A stretch of DNA of 64,000 bases, from contig BTVY01000005.1 of the NCBI GenBank assembly GCA_045863335.1, forward strand, positions 136,439-200,438, read 5' to 3'. This DNA comes from Candidatus Hydrogenedentota bacterium (GTDB lineage: Bacteria; Hydrogenedentota; Hydrogenedentia; Hydrogenedentales; SLHB01). The position numbers and the translations under genes are program-made. Within the stretch, counting starts at the first letter, position 1. Each line of letters opens with the position of its first letter. This document shows, in pieces, positions 60,442-64,000 of this stretch. The notes beneath the pieces are model-generated. The model had not been told where the DNA came from, searched no databases, and saw nothing but the letters and a program-made list of their open reading frames with translations.

Positions 60442-61437
60442 ATGCCAGGAGAAGTACGGATCGGGTTTGTCGGTTGCGGCGCTCACGCTGCGATGAACCT
60501 CTATCCCGCGTTGCAGTTTGCCCCGATTGAACTCGTCGCCGTATGCGATCTCGACGCGGAACGACGGGAACGGTTGCGCCGCCGGTTCGGCGCGGAAGCC
60601 GCCTTTGACACGGTCGATGCCCTGCTCGAGGGCCCGGAGTTGGACGCGATCATCGTGTGCGGCCCGCCGGAGTTGCACCAGGAAGCGGCGGTAAAGGCGC
60701 TCGACCGCGGATTGCACGTGCTGGTCGAAAAACCCCCGGCGCCGGACCTCGCCGGCGCACTGGCGATCCAGGAGGCCGCGCGGCGCAACGGCCGCCACTG
60801 CATGGTGGGGTTCATGAAACGCTTTGCTTCGCGCTACCAGCAGGCCCACGAGATCTCCCGGTCGCGCGTGTTTGGACGGCTGACGCATCTCACGGTGAAG
60901 TACGCGCACTGGAACGTGCCCGATCTCTCCTGGATGCTCAAGTACATGTCGGTTCATGCGTTCGACCTGATTCGTTTCTTCGCGGGCGACCTCGCGCGCA
61001 TCACCGTCGAGCACCTGGAGATCGGCGGCCAGCATTCCTATGCCTGCACCGCCGTTGCGAAAAGCGGCGCACTGGTGTCGCTGAACACGAGCAGCCAGGA
61101 ACCGCGCGTGAAGGAGAGCGTGGAACTCGTCGGCGAAGGCGAACTCGTGCTCGTGCGCAACGTCATCGAACTGGAATACCACCGGCGCGTCAGTCCCACG
61201 CGGCTTTTTCATTCCGACCTGCACGACGTGCAACTGCTCCGGCCCGACTTCGCCATCCCGAACCCGGACCAGAACACGCTCTACCTCCAGGGCTACGCCG
61301 GCGAACTCATCGAATTCGCCAACGCCTGCCTCGAAAACCGCGCCCCCTCCGTCACCATCGACGACGGCGTGGCCGCCATGCGCCTGGTCAACCTCTTCGC
61401 AAGCGGCAAGACGGGGACCTTTGAACTGGAGGAATAG
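60442..61437 (+). CDS. Gfo/Idh/MocA family oxidoreductase
   Basis: IGFVGCG, HVLVEKP, VGFMKRF and VHAFDL. Confidence 0.9.
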   Translation: MPGEVRIGFVGCGAHAAMNLYPALQFAPIELVAVCDLDAERRERLRRRFGAEAAFDTVDALLEGPELDAIIVCGPPELHQEAAVKALDRGLHVLVEKPPAPDLAGALAIQEAARRNGRHCMVGFMKRFASRYQQAHEISRSRVFGRLTHLTVKYAHWNVPDLSWMLKYMSVHAFDLIRFFAGDLARITVEHLEIGGQHSYACTAVAKSGALVSLNTSSQEPRVKESVELVGEGELVLVRNVIELEYHRRVSPTRLFHSDLHDVQLLRPDFAIPNPDQNTLYLQGYAGELIEFANACLENRAPSVTIDDGVAAMRLVNLFASGKTGTFELEE

Positions 61438-61535
61438 AGGCTGAGGGCGATATGCATCGCCGGTTGATTCCATGAGATGACGACAACCCAGTCAGAGCCG
61501 ATTGTAATGGCCGACTCATACACCAACCGACTGCG

Positions 61536-61946
61536 TCACATTAGGAACCGCTGAATCTTGTTCCCTAGCTTCTGTGGATTCTTTGTCTCGCACTCCCAGA
61601 CCACGAGGACCTTCCAGCCCAAGGCTTTCAGTTTTGTGATACTGGCAGAATCACGCTCGACGTTCCGCCGGAGTTTGGGTAGCCAATACTCGCGATTGGA
61701 CTGCGGAAGGCGAGCATCGTTGCATTTGGCACTGGGATGTTGGTGCCAAAAGCATCCATGCACAAAGATGATTTTGCGTCTTCCTGGGAAGACGAGATCC
61801 GGCTTCCCTGGCAATTCGCGTCTATGAAGCCGGAAGCGAAAGCCTAGTTTGTGCACAAGGCTTCTCACGATTCGTTCGGGCTTCATGCCGGTACTGCGAA
61901 TTGCGCGCATGTTTTCGCTTCGGCGCGCGCGCGAGATCTTATCCAT
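61536..61946 (-). CDS. vsr: Very short patch repair endonuclease Vsr
   Basis: RSENMRAI, LPGKPDLVF, FVHGCFWH, NVERD and VWEC. Confidence 0.95.
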   Translation of the reverse strand: MDKISRARRSENMRAIRSTGMKPERIVRSLVHKLGFRFRLHRRELPGKPDLVFPGRRKIIFVHGCFWHQHPSAKCNDARLPQSNREYWLPKLRRNVERDSASITKLKALGWKVLVVWECETKNPQKLGNKIQRFLM

Positions 61947-61947
61947 C

Positions 61948-62811
61948 TTAGATCACGAGGTCGAGTGGCAGATCCGCGATGTCTCTCAGCCTCTTACCGT
62001 TTACCATTGTAGCGAGAAGTTCGGCGGAATCCTCGTAGTGGCTCTCCTCCACTGCTTCCTGCAGTTCCTTGAGTGCGAAGTGATACACGCAATCGATATC
62101 CCCGGTCCCCATTGCGATCGAGGCTATCCTGTTAGGGGTTGGTTCGCCCGTTACGACCACCACGTGGGGCAATCTTCCCTTGCGGTTCCTCATGAGGTTT
62201 AGTGCCTCTGAACGCGCGTTCTGGGCACGATCGCTGCGTATGGTCCACTTGCAGGAAATTGAAGCGTGAAGAATTGCCCTCGGATTGTTTACCTTCCGAA
62301 GGCTTGTGAGACGGGCAACATTCAAACCGACGAGTTCTTGCTGGCCGTTTATTCGCTCGTCATCCTCTGGCTCCCGCACGATGACCACATCGGGCTTGAT
62401 CAAGTAGTCGATACCAAGCGCGACCGCGAGATCAGCGTTTGCCTTCAATGCCGCATCAAGTGCCGCGAGGTGGTCGTATTGGTCGAAATCCGCAATTGAC
62501 CGCCGGCCGACGCCGGTTCCTCTCGAGACCTCCCAAGAGCCAGGGCGAAGGTGATTCAATGCGGGGAATACAGTTGCAATGAACTCTGCACAAACCTGTT
62601 CAAACTTCGCACCGGCCATCTGGCCTGCGATACGGTTACCTTTCGAGGACTTTCCCAGTCGTGAGAGAATTCCTAAGGACAGATCTACACTAAGCTTCGA
62701 GTGTCTATCCGCATTTGACGGGACTCCGTTACGATCGGTCCTCAGCACATTCTTAAGTAATGCTTTGTGGAATGCTACGCGCGCTTCGGATAGAAATCCT
62801 TCATCCGTCAT
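61948..62811 (-). CDS. NgoMIV-family type II restriction endonuclease (predicted GCCGGC)
   Basis: PSNAD, IKPDVV, HASISCKWTIRSDRAQNARSEALNL, RKGRLPH and EPTPNRIASIA. Confidence 0.9.
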   Translation of the reverse strand: MTDEGFLSEARVAFHKALLKNVLRTDRNGVPSNADRHSKLSVDLSLGILSRLGKSSKGNRIAGQMAGAKFEQVCAEFIATVFPALNHLRPGSWEVSRGTGVGRRSIADFDQYDHLAALDAALKANADLAVALGIDYLIKPDVVIVREPEDDERINGQQELVGLNVARLTSLRKVNNPRAILHASISCKWTIRSDRAQNARSEALNLMRNRKGRLPHVVVVTGEPTPNRIASIAMGTGDIDCVYHFALKELQEAVEESHYEDSAELLATMVNGKRLRDIADLPLDLVI

Positions 62812-63764
62812 CCGATCAGCCTCAAATTTGTATGGCTTTGGAGCGCTGCCTTCATCTGGGTTGCTACCGCTCTCGCGACCGGTGGTGGAAAAGCGTTTCC
62901 AACCTGCCTATACGAGCTAGTCTTGCGCCCGGCGATCTGCCAGTCGTCAGGAAAGCCTTGAATTCTTGCTACCATCCTGACGGTCAAACGGGGATTCCCG
63001 CAAAAACTCTCTTCCGGTGGCTCATCGGCAATCCCGCGGCCATCTACCCCCAAAGATTCCCACGCTTTCCTCGCTCTCGTTGGACCAAGGTCAGGACCTC
63101 CGTGTTTAAGTGAGCCTCCGACAATCGTTGGCGCGATCTCATTTGCGCGCCTCCGCCACTCTTCAACACCCTTCCAGCCCCGCTGCGCCATAAGATCTGC
63201 CAAGGTATCACCTACAGTCGGAGGCGGTGCCATTGTTGGCATGGGCCAGCGAAAGAGGTCTTGGTATTCCTTCATGAGAGCGACGAACACGACACGTGGC
63301 CGGAGCTGTGGGACGCCAAAGTCAGAGGCATTCATCAGATGCCAGTCCGTAGCATACCCAAGTTTCTTTAGCTCGCCTGCGATATATCGGCGATAGTCTT
63401 CGAAGATGGCTCCAAGAATGCCGCGCACATTCTCGATCATCACGGCCTTCGGACGAATCTCGTCCACAAGCCGAATCGCTGTGGGGAAGAGATTACGCTC
63501 ATCTTCCTCTCCAAGTTGCTTGCCAGCAATTGAGAACGGTGGACATGGGAGCCCCCCCGCTAAGAGATCGACGCCACGGTATGGACGACCGTCAAAAGTC
63601 CGGATGTCGGCTTGCGATACTTCCCAATACGGCCGATTCAATCGAAGTGTATCGCACGCGGTACCATCTATCTCCACAAGCCGGACATGATCGAAACCAG
63701 CCTGCTCAAGACCCAATGCCTGACCGCCGGCACCTGCACATATCTCCAAGGAGGTTAAACCCAT
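62808..63764 (-). CDS. DNA (cytosine-5) methyltransferase, M.NgoMIV/NaeI-like
   Basis: CAGAGG, GGLPCPPFS, ENVRG, VPQLRPR, target-recognition region TIVGGSLKHGGPDLGPTRA and YRQVGNA; overlaps the endonuclease start. Confidence 0.95.
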   Translation of the reverse strand: MGLTSLEICAGAGGQALGLEQAGFDHVRLVEIDGTACDTLRLNRPYWEVSQADIRTFDGRPYRGVDLLAGGLPCPPFSIAGKQLGEEDERNLFPTAIRLVDEIRPKAVMIENVRGILGAIFEDYRRYIAGELKKLGYATDWHLMNASDFGVPQLRPRVVFVALMKEYQDLFRWPMPTMAPPPTVGDTLADLMAQRGWKGVEEWRRRANEIAPTIVGGSLKHGGPDLGPTRARKAWESLGVDGRGIADEPPEESFCGNPRLTVRMVARIQGFPDDWQIAGRKTSSYRQVGNAFPPPVARAVATQMKAALQSHTNLRLIG

Positions 63765-64000
63765 TAATCTGCAATTTCCTTAGAATCGGCCGTTCTTCAC
63801 TATTAAGGACAGGCCGTAGTGTACGATATCGATACCGGTTGCTCAAATTGAAGCGAGAAAGGCATATCATGGACATATGAATTGGTTTCTTCAGAGATGG
63901 TGATTCTCATTGCGAATGTCTACACTATGCACCGCAACAGCAACAGCCCGTGTCAAGAACTTTCTGTAAATAGCCTTTGGTGTATCGAAGCCGTTGTTGC

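Noticed and set aside
59876-61437. DUF151 nuclease as part of the defence cassette
   Set aside because: It has host-like GC, lies on the opposite strand and belongs to a commonly housekeeping family.
63765-64000. Controller (C) protein or tRNA/att site upstream of the methyltransferase
   Set aside because: No convincing HTH ORF, cloverleaf or direct repeat is visible before the window ends.

Overview
A 64-kb stretch of a GC-rich bacterial chromosome, mostly core and cell-envelope genes. The dockerin-tailed secreted protease, DUF1800/DUF1501 pair, ExeA/ExeB and TMTC-like glycosyltransferase suggest a Hydrogenedentota/PVC-like diderm (inference only). Gene order: partial GT2-TPR, PHP hydrolase, SurA-like PPIase, then an eno-ftsB-phoH-7TM/HD-ybeY-2xCNNM-DUF502-TPR run. 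Next come a stand-alone flgM behind a perfect sigma-28 promoter, a dockerin-bearing M4 protease, and a flippase and GT4 separated from a divergent membrane-protein pair by a 14x10-bp tandem array with an inverted copy. These are followed by an esterase, DUF1800/DUF1501, REC-GGDEF, an acyltransferase, prpBC, a BNR protein, yebC-ruvC-(degenerate CPBP)-recG and arsR-arsM with two matching operator palindromes. Then an IMPase/FBPase-family enzyme fused to a ~145-aa histone-H1-like tail, a TMTC-like GT-C, GH106-like hydrolase, exeAB-like pair, beta-propeller, double ThuA protein, GT-C/GT2/methyltransferase cluster, GYF_2-DUF2569, DUF151 and Gfo/Idh/MocA. The window ends in a lower-GC NgoMIV-like restriction-modification-Vsr cassette. 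Intergenic spaces hold several unrelated REP/REPIN-like palindrome families. I recognised no rRNA, tRNA, CRISPR array, integrase or transposase. All family calls come from motif recognition by eye, not database searches.
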